From: Phoronis australis
Taxonomy: Eukaryota; Animalia; Phoronida
DNA length: 64,000 nucleotides
Assembly: GCA_002633005.1 (NCBI GenBank)
Contig: NMRA01000240.1
Location: 158,415-222,414, forward strand
Direction: 5' to 3'
Shown in pieces: positions 23,274 through 37,924 of this stretch. The notes under the pieces were generated by a model that saw only the letters and a program-made list of their open reading frames with translations, was not told the DNA's origin and did no database searches. The position numbers and the translations under genes are program-made. Each line of letters opens with the position of its first letter. Within the stretch, counting starts at the first letter, position 1.

Positions 23274-26200
23274 GGATTGTTCTAAAACCCCTCGACCCAA
23301 GACCCCCTCGACCCAAGACCCCCTCGACCGTCAACCTCCTCCACCCACCACTTACTTAACTCAAAGCACAGTTTTGCTCCGTCAGGTCATCGACTGCCTT
23401 CGGCATTGCTGTGTCAGTTCAGCAGTACAAACTGGTACAATAAGCAGCAGGTAAGCAACCACACGTTTCAAATACACCAAAAAACATGGCGTATGTAATC
23501 CCACCAGGAACAACGCACCTTTTCCAAGAAAAATAGCAGACGGACCTCCGAATCACCGAAAACAGGACTATGCTCTTTTCGTGTCATAGCAGGACAGGAA
23601 TGCCGACGATGCACAGAAATCAGGAACTATTTTTCAGTGTGGTGGATCAGTGTGCATCACAGGTGGCCGGGAAAGTTGGCGTCAATCGAGCTGCCACGCT
23701 GTCTGCCCGGCCGAGACCTGCTGTGCGGAGCCTGAGGGCTTCTCAGGCATCACATAAGCCAGGCGCGCGTCTCTCAGATACATGAAGCTCGTGTTGTCAA
23801 TATTAAGCCATATTGGAAATTGTTACACAGGACACAAATGGCGGAAAACACCTGGAGTCCTGTGGCATAAGTCAAGAAATGCGGGGCTTGCAGTGTTATG
23901 CCTGCAGCCATAGAGTTGAGTTTTTTGGTCATGTAATTGTGTTATGGGTTTTTTGGTTCGGCCATGGAGTTTTGTGATGCAGCCACTAGGTTTTTAAATT
24001 CTGCCACCACAGTTTAAGCGATAATGCGTTCACGTTAGCCTTTGATGATTGAGACCTTATAAGATCATTAAAAAAATATGACCAGCGTATGCTTTTATCC
24101 CCATGATGATGCTTGTTTGTTAATTGTACTTGTGTAAAAATGTGGTATTAATGACAATCACAAGTGTTTTACTTGCCCTGAAAATTAACATCTGCATACC
24201 CGAACTTCAGTTACACGCCAGCCATACAAAACCAGTGCATTTCTTAATATGTATTCCAAAATCAGACATTTTCTGCCGTGTTATATCAAAACCAACGAAC
24301 CCAGGCAAAATCTGCACTTTTGTCGAAGTTGACATTGAAAATTTTGTAGATTTGCACTGCTTGCTTTGTTTTGTGACTCAAAATTTGCCAAAAAAGTAAA
24401 GTGTATAGTAACTAAAATATCAAACCTTACGACTGAATTTCGCACCCACCTATACCCAAAACTAATACAGAAATTCGTATTCGAATCAGAGTAGAAAATA
24501 TACCCAACCGAGCCAGTGTAGCATTGAATAATTACACTGTGTTTTGACCCGTTTAGTTTTTACAGGGCCTTTATCTAATGTGAAGAATTTTCAACCCATG
24601 AAAAAATAACCTCACATGCGTGAAAACCTGTGTTGTCATCATTCAACGATTCCCCCGCAACAGGGGGTTGGGATAAGCAGACACGACACCAGCAATATTG
24701 GCGACCTATCTGACAATGTTCCATACGTGGATATTTTAGGACTTGTTGTGACCTGAGCGTCGCGCGGCAAGGAAAATCTTGGGTTTTCAATATATGCCGC
24801 AATTAGGGAGAGAAAGTACTGAACGCCGTGCACACTAGAAATACGATGTGTGGGTGCTGAGCTGAAGCAAAAACGATCACCATTTCTCGAACAGTCCTTT
24901 GTTCTGTTGCCCAAATTGGCAACTGGCCATTTTTACACTGCTCGTGTCAAGATATAATATCTGATTAGCTGCTTGAAGACTAATCTAAAATTCTTGGCCA
25001 CGTGTTAAGAATCTTCCAACCGTAGTCAAATTTTCTTACTATCAAAATCAAATTTGAAACCGTGAAAAGGCCAAGCCTGCTGATGGACGCGCAGTACGTA
25101 TGCCAGATTAAGACCGGGGAGGGAAAGGAATTGTTCGATAAAATTTGGGAGCGGGGCTAATGTGCTGTTGCTGGGTGCAGTCGCAGGTAAGCGCAGTCAA
25201 CCACCTTTTGGTATTTGAACGTAACGCCTACGCACCGTAAAGTACGTTCAGTGCTCAAAGTGATACATTGGATTTTGGGCATCTACTTACCTCTAAATTT
25301 ACCACTGCTGCACTGGGCTTATATTTTTAGTGAGCAAATAATTACACGGTGGGGGTATACTACAATACGCCAACAAGTGTTAGGTGCCGGATCGGGGAGA
25401 TTCAGCTTCATGACAGAGGGATAACGTTGTCAGAATAAATATTGATTAAGTAATTAGTTGGAATAGATCCATTTTAAGTTGCCCAAAATGTGTGCATATG
25501 TACTTTCAAATCATGGGGTCAGACTTATTGACATGTATTTTAACGTCAAAATCTATTTTTAGATGGTGTTCACAACTTTGGGTTCTGGGGTCAAAGTACT
25601 CTAGAGATTCTAGAATATTCTGAGAACAAATTGTTACAACCAATAATATGAGTGGATATGATCATGTGGTTTTTGTTAGCCAATCACTAAATAAGTAGAA
25701 TGTTATATTATGGGCTGAAATCAACAAGATAATTAGATGACCTATAGTAGTTGAAGCATAAAGACTTCCTACAGTGTACAGAGGAAATTGTACGACAGAG
25801 CCATCTCGTGGAAAATTCTAGAAAGGATCTTGGCAAGGGCAAGGGTTAACGAATAGGAAGTTAACTAAGAGCTTGTCACTTGCATTGTGGGTAGTAAGAT
25901 ACCACCTGAAGTGTTGCGTCATCAGCCAGAGACTGTGACCAGCAAGACTGAGATTTGGCGGGTAGAAGAAATTGCCTGTTGAATCACCAGAGACGGTGAC
26001 CAGCGAATACACTGTTGCTATACTCTGTGTGTAGTTCGAAGATTCACCAACAAGACAGACATCCAACAAGTGGAGAGTCCTAGCTTGGATAGCAGATAAG
26101 ACATTTGATTGTTTTGGTTTTTTGATTAAAGTAATCCTTTAAGAGGGCGCTAGCGTAGTTACTCTTTGTAGTTGATTACTTAATTAACAATAGGTTTCAC

Positions 26201-27622
26201 TTGTCTAATTAGGGGTTATCATACAATAAATTTATAACTGGATTTGATTATTTACTCTCCATCTACGCTCAATCTCAAAGCATAGCCACCTTTTAAACAA
26301 ACCTACAGTCAATTATCTGACAACCGTGTGTGAGAAAAATATTTGTAGGTTGGCAAGAACTGAGTTTGTGGTATTTGCATTTTACATTGAGGTGTCCTCC
26401 CGTTGAGTCCAACTTGTTCGGGAGTATAGCATAGCAAGCTGGGCGAATGACCGCTGTTGGCATTATCTTACACTGACGACTGACAATTAAGTTTCGAGGG
26501 TCAGTTCTCTTGTGTTCGATAATAGCTCTATTCTCTATAAGATCGTATCTAGCCTGACTGGACTGTGCTGTTAAAAACAATTTAAGATATAAAATGTTCG
26601 AACATAAACCAATAACATTTCAGAATTCCCCATCAAATACTGTTCATGCTTATGGTTTTTGAATCACTAAAATCGCCCAGCTACAATCGAAGTTAAGACA
26701 AATGGAATCTATTCTGTCCGAAGGAATACCATCTCCGGGTTTGACTTTGTTAACGTGTAATCGGTAGTAAGTGTGGTGAATAACTGATCTGCCTGTTGTC
26801 ATACNACGCTAAATGTACTTTGCATTCTCTTCACTCTATACACTTTGTCTCTGATCCGAACAGTATTGCGAACGACTTGGGTTCAACCCATGACGTTGTA
26901 CATAATTATTATTTTTTTCAATTTTTGCGTGTTTCTTTATGAGCTGTGCACTAAAGGCACTGAAATCAAGTAAGATATAATAATAAAATTTATTTTGAGG
27001 TACTAGAGTCATGTTGTGTACACTTTAAGGTTTCTATGGAGGGTACACTAATATGTTCGTCCGCTGTAACAATGTCTCATGCAACAAAACTCAAAATTTG
27101 TTACATCAAGACATGTTCTGGTTAGCCATGAAATGTGTGGAGCTATAGTCCCCAGCCACATAAGGAACGTTTCCCAGGTATCATTATTTTTCAAAAGATG
27201 TAAAGTTCATTAAATACCTGACTAACTGAAGTAAAGAAACAAAATCAGCGACAGTGAAGTATGATTCATGATGAAATTCCTAACGTTCATCTGAGAATTT
27301 CTCTGATTTCATCTCAAACAAAACTTCAACAGTTGTTCGGAGTTTTGTCATAAAATCTTTGATTTTCGTACAAGAATGTGATTTTATTTTTCAAAAAATT
27401 GCGAGGCCAATGATCGTCGACCTCTTCGTTCTACCACGTACCAGCCATCAATTATTAAAGACACTCACTCAGAGACGTATTAAGATTATGAAATAGGTAT
27501 AAAGCTCAAAAATACCTCTTGCCACAGGTCGTGGATCATGAGGGTCGTGGGTCGATGGGGTTGTGGGTCGAGGAGATTGTGGGTCGAGGGCTGTGGAGGT
27601 CGAAGGGATTTTAAAACAATCT
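23274..27622. mobile_element. MULE/MuDR-like element with 9-bp TSD, containing a solo LTR
   Basis: TIR GGATTGTTCTAAAA / TTTTAAAACAATCT; subterminal CCTCGACCC / GGGTCGAGG repeats; flanks GCATTCCAC (23265-23273) and CCATTCCAC (27623-27631). Confidence 0.75.
25428..26322 (+). mobile_element. Solo LTR (Gypsy/BEL-type)
   Basis: TGTCAGA..TCTGACA termini, flanks AACGT/ACCGT (4 of 5 match), AATAAA at about 26225, no internal coding sequence. Confidence 0.7.
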
Positions 27623-29653
27623 CCATTCCACACACGCCTAATTCACGCAGACAAGAAGCACGCACCAAGACGAGTCTCTCTGCGATTGCTCCATTAAATG
27701 ACTAATCGGCATACGTGTATTTGTGATCCGCGTTGCTCGAAAGCCAATAGAAAAATACGGACATTCAACTGTCTTTTTACAATCCTTAAAGACGTTGAGA
27801 TTTGGATGCGTTGGGTCGTTGCTATAAGTCTCGACTAGGGAAAAATATTTCCCGGTAAAATTGATATATGTTTTTGAAAATTTAATCACATAATGGTTGC
27901 CGAGCGTCATAGGAACGATCGGTGAATCTTCAGCCAGCCAGGCCTTGTTTTCATGACTACGGGTTGAAACACGATGCATTTCTTTCCAAAAATGTCAGGA
28001 CCCTCAATCCCTTGATTTTGGGGCCGAATATCGGCCCTACTTCCCTCTCAAAAATATTGAAAAATTCCCCCCCACAATCGACGCCTAAGAAATCCCCTAA
28101 AGTGATTGAAAATTTCCCCTCGAAGTTCAAATTACCTGTGACCACAAAGGTGACAATTTGAGAGAGCACAAAATGCTACTTGAGACAGAACCTATGAGGG
28201 CTTGCAACAGAGCTGGGGCGCAATTGATCGGGACGTAGAGTTTCCCCCTCACTCGGCACCTTTGCCGTCGGATGAACGAGGCCCCTGAAGAAACGTGATA
28301 ACTATGCTTGCTCTATCCAGTTAACTGAAATCGAGCTCTAAAATCAGATGGGTTATTTTTTGCATTATGCCTTGAACGAACGAACTAGGTGTTTTAATTG
28401 TAAAATTCAACTTGGTCCAGATTCATTTTTGAAACCTAACATATAATAGGTGTAAGCATTACTTAAACCAAAGAAGCAGAATTGATGGTCAAACAACTTT
28501 TAAATTTAAATTACCAGTCTGTTTTTTTATTTTAATAAAACGTAATTAAATAACACCATTCTTGCAGATCAATGACAAATCAAATGTTAGTCCCGGTAAT
28601 CCCTACCTCATTACCAAGACCGAAGCTATGCTTGATGTTAATATTTTTTATCAAGCAAAAGTGACTTGCACGTGGCAGCAAAATGCCGCCACTGTCTAAA
28701 ATACTAGTATATGGCCGGGTTCGTGCAGGAAGCGTTTTATCAAAAATTTAAAAGAAAAAAAGTAGCCCTGCATTCATAATAAACCTAATCCTTTACACCA
28801 TCGCCACAATTTGGTCATATTTACTTTTATGTTTCGAACTTAGTTTTGCGAAAAACAACTGTTTGGTACATTGACTTGTTCTCTAATGTATTTTTCTACG
28901 TCACTGCGGTTAATTATTGATACATTTTTAAGATTTAATATCTAGGTTGGACGAAAAAAAAACAGACATTTAACTCACGCAATGTCGATTTATCACAGTG
29001 AGCATTGCTTCGGATTTTACAGTCCGCCGCGAGAATTAGAAGTATACACACTGGAGTTGGTGAGATTGATTGACACACTCTGTTTAGTACGCTTTGATTT
29101 TGAGATGAACGGTTTTCAAGTGGCATAAAACCTGAAAACAGACTGAACCACTTTATTCAAAGAGAATCTCTACTGTTCATTGGGTATTTTCGTGGTTTGT
29201 TCATAGGAATTTTGAGTTTCTGTCAAAGCATTTTTCCTTCCATTTCAAGAAACGATGTGCAAAATGCTTGTCACTTCGTCGATTTTTCTCCCACACAGCA
29301 TTGCATGTTTCTTTATTGAGACTCAGAAGTAGGAAATATTCCTCATACGCAAATGTGCTCTTTGACTTTTGATTGTAAACAAAACAATGGTAATTTCAGG
29401 CAGCAGCAACACATACTGAGCGCATGCGCGCCTATATGTTATCGTGTAAGGAGAATTTGAAAACTGTTGGCATGAAAGAGTTTTCATTTCTTCAGTGTTT
29501 CCGTATAGTGAATTTGATGAAATTTTGTAGAACTCTTGCATTTTTCAAAGTCAATAGTTTTCACGTTGAAATGCCTAAGATGGAAATTCACAAAAATCTG
29601 TCATTACGAGATTCCACGTTCCAGTCGTATTTAACGTAGGCTACCGTTTCAAT

Positions 29654-32600
29654 GGGGCTATTGGGAAAATTTACCTTAACTTGAGAGCGCGCGTGTACTA
29701 GTGGTGGTAGATAAGCAGCCTCGATTTCACGGTCCCTTTAAATACATGGTGAAAGGGCTTGCAGCCGTGCCTACTGAATCTGAGATTGCGTGAAAAGGGT
29801 TGTTCTATGAGAGGAAGTAAGCACGACCTTATACAAAGGTAAGGTTTATTCTAATGATGCCTGTTAACTGAGGTAGGCCTACTCGCCGATGTCAACTTCG
29901 CGGCAGTCGTCAGTCTGGTTAATCTTTGTTTGTTGTGATATGTGTTACGATACTTGACGTAGCAATCGGGATCTTTTCGTACGTCAAAGTAGTATTATTG
30001 TTTGGAATGATTTCTAAAAGGTTTATCAGTGACAGTTACATCAGTCAATGCTGAATAATTATGCTGTCAACTAGAAATTGGTTAGTGAGTTAAGATTACA
30101 ATCCAAGCCCAATGGCAAAGGGTACGTGACGAATATCTATTAGACTGTTTGTTTACTCCCTATCCCGTGTCTTCTGGAAATCTATAACACGTTGAAATGG
30201 AAATCTATCATGTCTGTTTTCACGTGACTTTTGTTTTTTTTTTTTAGGTTTGAGGGCTTGTTCCGTGCAGAGAAGATATGCATTGCTTCTGCACCATCCC
30301 TGAATGGACAAAAACTGGCTTTAAGCATTTGAAAGCAGCTAACCAGCAAGATCTTTCAAACCAGTCCAGATCTGTTGTCAAAGCCTACTTTCTATATCGG
30401 AGACACCGAACAAAGCCTTTGAAAAAGGAACAGCTATTTTTAAAGAAACGTATGAAAGTCGTTTTTTAATTTAGTTATTTAGGTCCTTAGCGGGAGATCA
30501 GCATAAGGCGTTGCAGGGGCAGGTCCAGGATTTGAAGTTAGGGTAGGGCCAGGGCACAGGAATAACCAGAATTTCGGCACATGCGCACGCCCAACCTAAA
30601 ATGTAGGGATGCAGTGGTCTCGAATTTTTGGGTTTGTGGACCTTTTTACTAAAAAAGGTAATCGGGATTTGTTGAAGACTTATGCATTGTTTATTTGCCC
30701 CGAGGCTCCCTGAATGCGCGCATATGCTAATCAGCAATTCGCACCTGATCTGCCAAACGGTATTTGGTAGAATTTTAGGGGGGCATGTGCCCCTTGCGCC
30801 CCTAAATCCGCCACTGGCTTGGGGTTGTAAAATTTGGTGCAACTGAATGTGGAATTATCATTTAATGCGTGTCTTGGAGAAAGAGCATGGTGAGGAAATT
30901 CTTAACTTTCCTGAAGTTCCTTCAAATATATTTTATGAAACTGTTTTGCTATGAATTGTAAACCCTTAATAATATATTACATTTTCATTGACTGAATAGT
31001 CTTAACTCATGCCTTGAAATGTTGCGAATCGTTTATGAATTCAAATGACTGCCATTTTTTGAGCAAAATTGCATTTTTGATGGTGCCTTATGACTTATAA
31101 TTAGTCTTAAACAACATAAAGATTATCCATCATTTTAAATGACTTAAGTTTTCATATGTTCTATTAGAAGAAAAATAAAAAGTCTGAGAAACAGTTCTCT
31201 CAGACTTAGACTAGAAGTATGCTTGACAGACCCATGTAATCGGAGTTTAAAATTGCCGAAAGAATCATAAATAAAAAGGCTTGAAAATGGGTAACAAAGG
31301 TTTGAAGTTGTCTCAAAAAAATTCCATATTTTGAAGAAAAGTGATGCATTTAAAGAATTGCTATGGTTACGAATGAAAAATAAAGATGCAGATTTATACA
31401 ATATGTATTATATACACCCATGGTTTCTGAAAATAGTAATTATTTGTGTGTGAAATTGTAGAGCTTACACCATATCATATTTTTGAAAAACAGGGGTAGT
31501 AATTTGACCCAACCTGGAGTACTTAATTATTCATATATTCATATTTCAATATTTGTTCCAGGTTCAGTGACATTTAACACCAAGCCGCAACATAGACAAG
31601 ATTTGTTACTCCTTTTTCTTCTCACAGCATTTCTACGCAACAGCAGTGCTGCAGGGCAAAATATACAATGAGTGGCACTGGAAAGCATTGAATCGCGGTA
31701 CTAAGTTACCATAAGACAATGTGCCTGTGGATTGTTTGTGTATGAAGAGGAACTGCATCTGACTGCTACACAAGTCAGCCTCGTTGGTGAGGATGCCCTT
31801 TCATAGGCAATAAGTCATGTGTGGACAATAGCTTCTTTCCTTTCCTGGAAGAAACATGAGGGACTGAAGCTAACTGAGACCTAGTGACACTCTGGTCTAG
31901 TTCAGGGTCAGATTTTGGACACAAAACGATTCAAGTGATATGCTGTTGTGTTTACTTCAAGGATCAAATTGTGGATGTTATTGAGGCTGAATGAGGTTAC
32001 ACGAAGGAAAGCTACGTGCCGAATATGGACCTTTTTTACAAGCGCTTCTACAGGCGATTGAAACTAGATCCCAGTGAAATGAAAACCAAAAGCATCTGGT
32101 ATAAATACCTGTACTTTCTCACTGAGTGACATTAAGTTTTCCTTTACGAAGAAAGGCTTTATACAACTGGTAAAATCTTTTCAATTTGGTACCCATTACG
32201 AGGAAATGACATTCAGTGACTGCATAGATTGCTTATTGTTAGTAGAAAGCCCGTTAATGAAACACTTTGGTGATCGAATAAATTTTTCATCATCAGGCAA
32301 GTTTGTTACTAATTATTGAAACTACAAGTGCAGTTGTTTTTTTTCTTTATAAAGCGGAAATGATTACCGAATACGCTTGCGAATTGTCATTTTCGTGTTG
32401 TCTTATAGAAATGCGCAACGATCAAAATGAAGTATTTCCTTTGTTTGCATTTGATTTAGAGTGTGTATTTATTCTACAGCTTTCTTAAGAACGCCTTTGA
32501 ACAATTTTAAGTTTTGTCTTAACTTGTCTATGAACAAAAGTTCCACATGCATCCAAAAAATTATGTTTTCAATTGTAGCTAGCTGGATAAGAATCTGCTT

Positions 32601-35293
32601 TGCACAAGATTCGAGAATAAACGATTTTCAGTGTATTTAAAAACAAATGGAAAACTGAACAATACATACAAAGCCATAACATTGTTCAAAAAATTGCAAT
32701 TTTCCCAATGCAACGGAGTCCATAATCAGATATATCAAGTGCAGTATTTCTTAATTAGGTTCAATTCTCTCAGGTTATTGCTGAAGGGTTGCTTTTCACT
32801 TTGTTCAAATGTAAAATAGACGGTCAGGCTGCTGGTTTCAGTTGTTTTCTCTCACGTGTAACAGAATAGTAAGGGCAATATTAGCAAATTATAAAAGAAA
32901 ACACAAGGCAAAACTACTTTTGTAAGGCAGAACATACTTGACGTTTTATCTTCATGTTTATATGTAAGAACTAATAATGTATGTACCCAAATCTTATTTA
33001 AGATCTGAATTAAAATATGTAAAACAGGCTACTAGTGATTTAACAACCTGCTTCTGATCTCAACAACTAAAAGTCATTCTAGGTGTCAATGTTTATTCCA
33101 ATGCAATGTTATGGCATTTACTGACTAGCTTATTCATGTTAATTTGGTAACTAATCTGGCAGCCCTGGAGGTGGGGTCCGCTATAAAATAATGAAACTCC
33201 CTCATCTAGAGAATTTTATTGGACATAGCTCATTTTGAAGAGAAACTGCTGTGAAAAAGTCACCCTTGACTTCTAAGCGTCACGCACCATACACCACTTA
33301 TATTGGGCGCACTCCCAACCAGGACAATATGTAAACTAGAAAGATTATTGTCACGGCGTGACAATAATGGACTCTGCGCGTGCGCATTACAGAAATTGTT
33401 TTGGAAAGTTACTGACAGCAACCCGTTTATCAACATGAAAAGGAATTCTTTAAAATTGTAGGAAAAATTACATGTTAATATTTTGATGACCTTTCCACTA
33501 ATTGACCTCATCCGGTGCATTATGAACCCCGATCAGGGAATAATTGTAAACTCAAACAAAAGTGTGGTTGGTGCTAAGAATCACAGATGTTTTAATTTAA
33601 GCACTTCAGAATACAAGATGAATGAATTGGTCAAACTTTCAAAAGAAAAATGCACTTAATGACCCCATGGGTGCACCAAATGACCCAAAAATTTAGAACT
33701 CAAACTCAATCGCATTTAGTAAACAGATACGTAATTTTGAAGTCTCTAGCTCAAAATTTTGATTTTGCACTCAATGACCTTTGACCTATTTTTTTCTGAT
33801 TGGTTAGGCCTATTGCAAAGTAAAGTAGGGTATTCAATTGGCATGTTGACTTACACCAGTGTGCTGAAATTGAAAAGAATTCCTTGAAAAACGTAAGACA
33901 TAACATTTTGAACGTTACATGACCTTTGCCCTAACTGACCTTATCCGGTGCATTTTAATCATCTTTAGGAGAGTTATTGCAAAGCCCATGGAAAATGAGT
34001 TTAACGCTGAGAATCAATTGTCTAACGGTTGACACATCAGAATACTTGGTGATTGAAAAGGTCAAATTTTCAGAAAAAAATGCACCTAATGACCCCATGT
34101 TTGCACTAAATGACCTGAAACTTTAGATTCCGACTTGATTTACCTGTGGCAATCAGACCTGTCAATTTGAAGTGTCTAGCTCAAAATTTTAGTTTGCACC
34201 TAATGACCTTTGACCTATTTCACCTGATTGGATGACCCGATTACTTAGAAAAGTAATTTTTTAAATTGTCATGATGACTTATACCTGTGCACCGAATTTG
34301 AAAAAGATAGCTTTAAAACTGAAGGAGGAGTAGCATTTTGAAAATTATATGACCTTTGCACCAAACGACCTCTTCCGGTGCAATATGGAATATGATTGTA
34401 TGACCAATCAAAATTTGTATACTGTCAAAAGTTATCTGCTGAGTTTAAAGACCGTACCTGCACCCAATTTGGAGTTATTAAGCCTCAAATTTGGTCGGAA
34501 GAAGAATAAGAAGAAGAATAAGAATAAGAATAAGAATAAAATTGAAGAAAACCCAGGAACAACTGTACTCTGCGCTTGTACGCGCAGAGTAATTATGTGC
34601 TGCTAGCCTACCCGGTGTCTGAGTCCCGGGTGAGTTTCCAAAAAAACACTTAGTTCCACTCGATAAACCCGTTCATCAGTGGGGTAACTGGTGGGGATAA
34701 CATCACCGAACGATGTCGATAGAAACTGATTGCTAAAAACTTGCCAAGTAACGTTCCCAAAGGAAATACATAGAGCATACACGGTTTTTCGGCATCCACA
34801 TACTTTGTGTCAGTTGACTGACCGTATAGACCGCTTTGTCGCGTAAAGTCACGAGGTCGCTACTTCCGTAACTCACCGGCAATTTCCGTACCGTCCTTGA
34901 TTTCGACGGGCCCACGGAGGACGTGTGTGGTGGCTTTTTGTGAACATTTTTGTTCTTTGACTGCGAATTTCTTACGAAGTCGCCGTAACAGGACACCGTG
35001 AATGGTATTGGGAGAAAGAACAATTCTTCATGGTTTGTTGAACCCCTGTTTTGAGTAAATTTATTGAGTTTTATATTTGCTATGGACGGCTGAAGTGAAG
35101 CACCCGTGGAATTTCTAGTCGGGAGTGTCATACCTTGTAGTATTATACAGTATGTTAGTGTATTGGGGACGATCAGAAGCTGAGGACGCCTGTGGTTTTT
35201 ACCAGCTGTTTACATGCAGACAGCGACGCATGCGCAATTCAATCACCACTAGTACAACAGCGACACCGCGAGGAGAATTCCCCGAATAGCCCC
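29654..35293. mobile_element. Decayed ISL2EU-type DNA transposon (copy 1): SAP..YqaJ exonuclease remnants on +, THAP/DDE remnants on -
   Basis: AT|GGGGCTATT ... AATAGCCCC|AT termini. SAP-like LNLRLREKGCSMRGSKHDLIQ|gtaag at about 29770-29838. YqaJ-like CGLFVYEEELHL..VQGQIL..LFYKRFYR at about 31560-32090. THAP-like WMPKNRVCSMYF at about 34760-34830 (-). VLVGSAPN at about 33300-33330 (-). Confidence 0.75.
33334..34592 (-). mobile_element. Helentron-associated non-autonomous element (HINE-like), nested in the ISL2EU copy
   Basis: Subterminal IR ACTCTGCGC (33371, 34567) / GCGCAGAGT (34582); terminal palindrome ATTATTGTCACG-G-CGTGACAATAAT (33344-33368) next to the AACTAGA end; (AAGAAT)n at about 34499-34540; ~420-bp internal tandem units with TGACCTTTGACC. 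Confidence 0.75.
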
Positions 35294-35503
35294 ATCATTA
35301 ACTTTTTGAAGAGCGACTAAGAATATGTTTGTACTCACCTGCTCAATATTCCTTAGAATTGGAAAGCTGCAAACGTAACGTCAAAAATACAGTTACTGTG
35401 TGTACTCCCGCATGTTTTTTTGCAATGAAATGTATGCCCACTAACGAATGTGTCACTAAACCTGCGATGGACTGAAGGCGCAAAGTCTCGTCTCGTTCAA
35501 CAG

Positions 35504-35626
35504 CAAAGACAAGCATTGCCTGCTCACAAGGTGGTACAAAATGCAAGCCAAAATCGGTGTGTGAGCCAAGAAAGAAAAAATGTCAATGTGTTGGAGGATA
35601 CCAGCTGGTTAACACCGAGTGTAAAC
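35504..35626 (+). CDS. 6-Cys module exon D (phase 1-1, 123 bp)
   Basis: TTCAACAG acceptor, GTATGT donor; KTSIACSQGGTKCKPKSVCEPRKKKCQCVGGYQLVNTECK. Confidence 0.85.
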
Positions 35627-37798
35627 GTATGTATGATGAGTTTGTATTAACAAAATGACGAACGTGGTAGTACCTGTACTGATACATTGCGTGTGCTCTT
35701 TAAGACAACCGTAAACCCGTGTCTCGTCTAAGACGTGAAATTTTGATTTAAACCACCGCTGTCAAAAGTTTCAAATTGTTCCTTGCTCAGTTTTGCATTG
35801 TTTTGTAACACTAAGACGCTTAAATAAAGGTGGTTTTTGTGGTGGAAGGCACATTTAAAGCACTAAATCTTAACGTTAGGTGTGTTCGACAAGTCGGTGT
35901 GTTTAGACAAAAATCTACAAAAGTACATGTTTTACGTAAGTGAAATTACAAATACGGTAAAACTAGATGTTGAAATTATTACCTATCAAGTGAATCAAGT
36001 CACAAAACCGTGTGCTTTTACTAAAGTTTAGTAAAATCAAGGATGCATTCATAGCAGAACAAGGGTACCGATATCATGACCCAATTTCATTTTATACTAG
36101 GGCACTAACATGAAATTTAAAAAAGCTGTTACAGGTGTCTAAACTATCGTTTCGTTTTCGTTTGATTCAACTTGTATTTGTTTCGTAAATATCATAAAAG
36201 TTTTTAACTGTCTTATGCAAAAGTGGTCTATTTTAAGACAATCCCTGAAGCGCTTTAGAAAACAATACGTAAAACATAATACCAGGGATTTCCACATGGA
36301 TCAGTTCGGTCATGTTGGTACGACGTTAGCGTTTTAAACCGTTCCTACAATGGATTTTTGCACATTTTGAGGTCTTAGAAAGTGCATAACAATTTTACAA
36401 CACAAATCGAAATAAAGATATACATAAATTGAGGAACATTTCAGGAATTTTGAATTGAGAAAAATATTTGTTTTTGTCTTTCGCCACCTGATGTCATCAG
36501 TGGATCACATTGATAAGTTGATTTTGTAAGTTACAAAGACTGAGGAAACGAGCCTGACTAGTATTATGAAGACAACTAATCGACACTCAGGTCATACGTG
36601 AAACAGATCATGAGTTAGATCTCACCATGTCTGCAGATTTTGAGTGTTTGAGGCAACACGAACTCGACCCTCCTGCACAGACGTCTTTGACGAGTAAAGC
36701 CGAGTCGGAACGTACTCTCTGGAACAGTCATGATTTCAGAGTTGACATTTCTTTGGGGGAAATTGTAGCCTTTTTTTCGAATCGCCATTCAATTTTCTAG
36801 AAACTGTTGAAAACGTTCATATTGATTTCGATTTCTTTGAATGCCGAGTGCGTTTGTAAGGAAAGATCGTAACTAATTATTGTGATGTCAACTGGATTTT
36901 CTTTGTGGCAAATGATATAACTTTCTGTTTTGTCTGTTCCAAAATTATAATTTTTTTATAAAGTTGTGATTCGTCAATTATTTCGATCCAGTGCCCGGCG
37001 TCTCTAGTCTTTTTTGCCGGCTGCGATTGTGACCTCAACTGCTTGTCTGTCGGCTTCTATATTCAATTTTAATGTTGATCATTGGTAAATATTTCAAAAA
37101 ATCTTAATCAAGAAAAGTCTGATGAACTTTCTCAAGTTATTGCAATCACAGCCACAATTTAACAATGAGGCTGATACTCAGTGTACACCTGACGACCACG
37201 TTCCCAACAGTGATACAACAAAATACACTAGTCTGTCCATCAAATGTACCTACATGTACACGTTGGAGAAACATTCAATTCCAGTTTCTGCTATAGGCCA
37301 AAGCACGATTCGTCCAAATGGTCTGGGTACAGTGTGGCCCTGAAATGATAGCTTGCTCGACCGTGTACTGCCTCACTGACGCACGAACGTGCCATTTCTA
37401 GACGATTTTATGCTATTCTAGAAATAAAAAAAACTAAAATAGTGTATGTGCAATTACTATAACCGCATCCTCTGCACAGGTACCATTTCATTATTCTCGT
37501 GTCGGGCACTGTTCAACTCTTTTCGAGACCACTCTGGCTCACGGCCGGTGAAGAACTATACAGTGGCAGACACTAGAATTTCACTGATGGCGTCACGTTT
37601 ATTTTTTTACTAAAAGTACACACATTAAATGAGAAATACTTAAAATTCCACACCAGTGTTAGCAGTTGATAATCGAATTTTAGCACTTATAACCATGGTG
37701 TGAGGTTTTTGATATAATGAGCGAAATAATAATATCCTACAGTAAGCATGTTTTATTTATCTGTCTAATTGACCACTCTGAATTTATTTTCTTTTCAG

Positions 37799-37924
37799 AC
37801 TACTCTGAAATAAAGTGTGGAGATGGGAAGGGCACGAACTGTGATCACATAAGATATTCATATTGTCGGTACGGAGAGTGTACATGTAGTGGACGCATGA
37901 TCTTACATAAAGGCATATGCAAAC
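37799..37924 (+). CDS. 6-Cys module exon E (phase 1-1, 126 bp)
   Basis: TTTTCTTTTCAG acceptor, GTAAGA donor; YSEIKCGDGKGTNCDHIRYSYCRYGECTCSGRMILHKGICK. Confidence 0.88.

Noticed and set aside
36470-36540. Minus-strand CTGATGA..GAAA resembling a hammerhead ribozyme core
   Set aside because: Stem II does not close properly and no convincing stems I/III could be paired; a covariance-model search would be needed.
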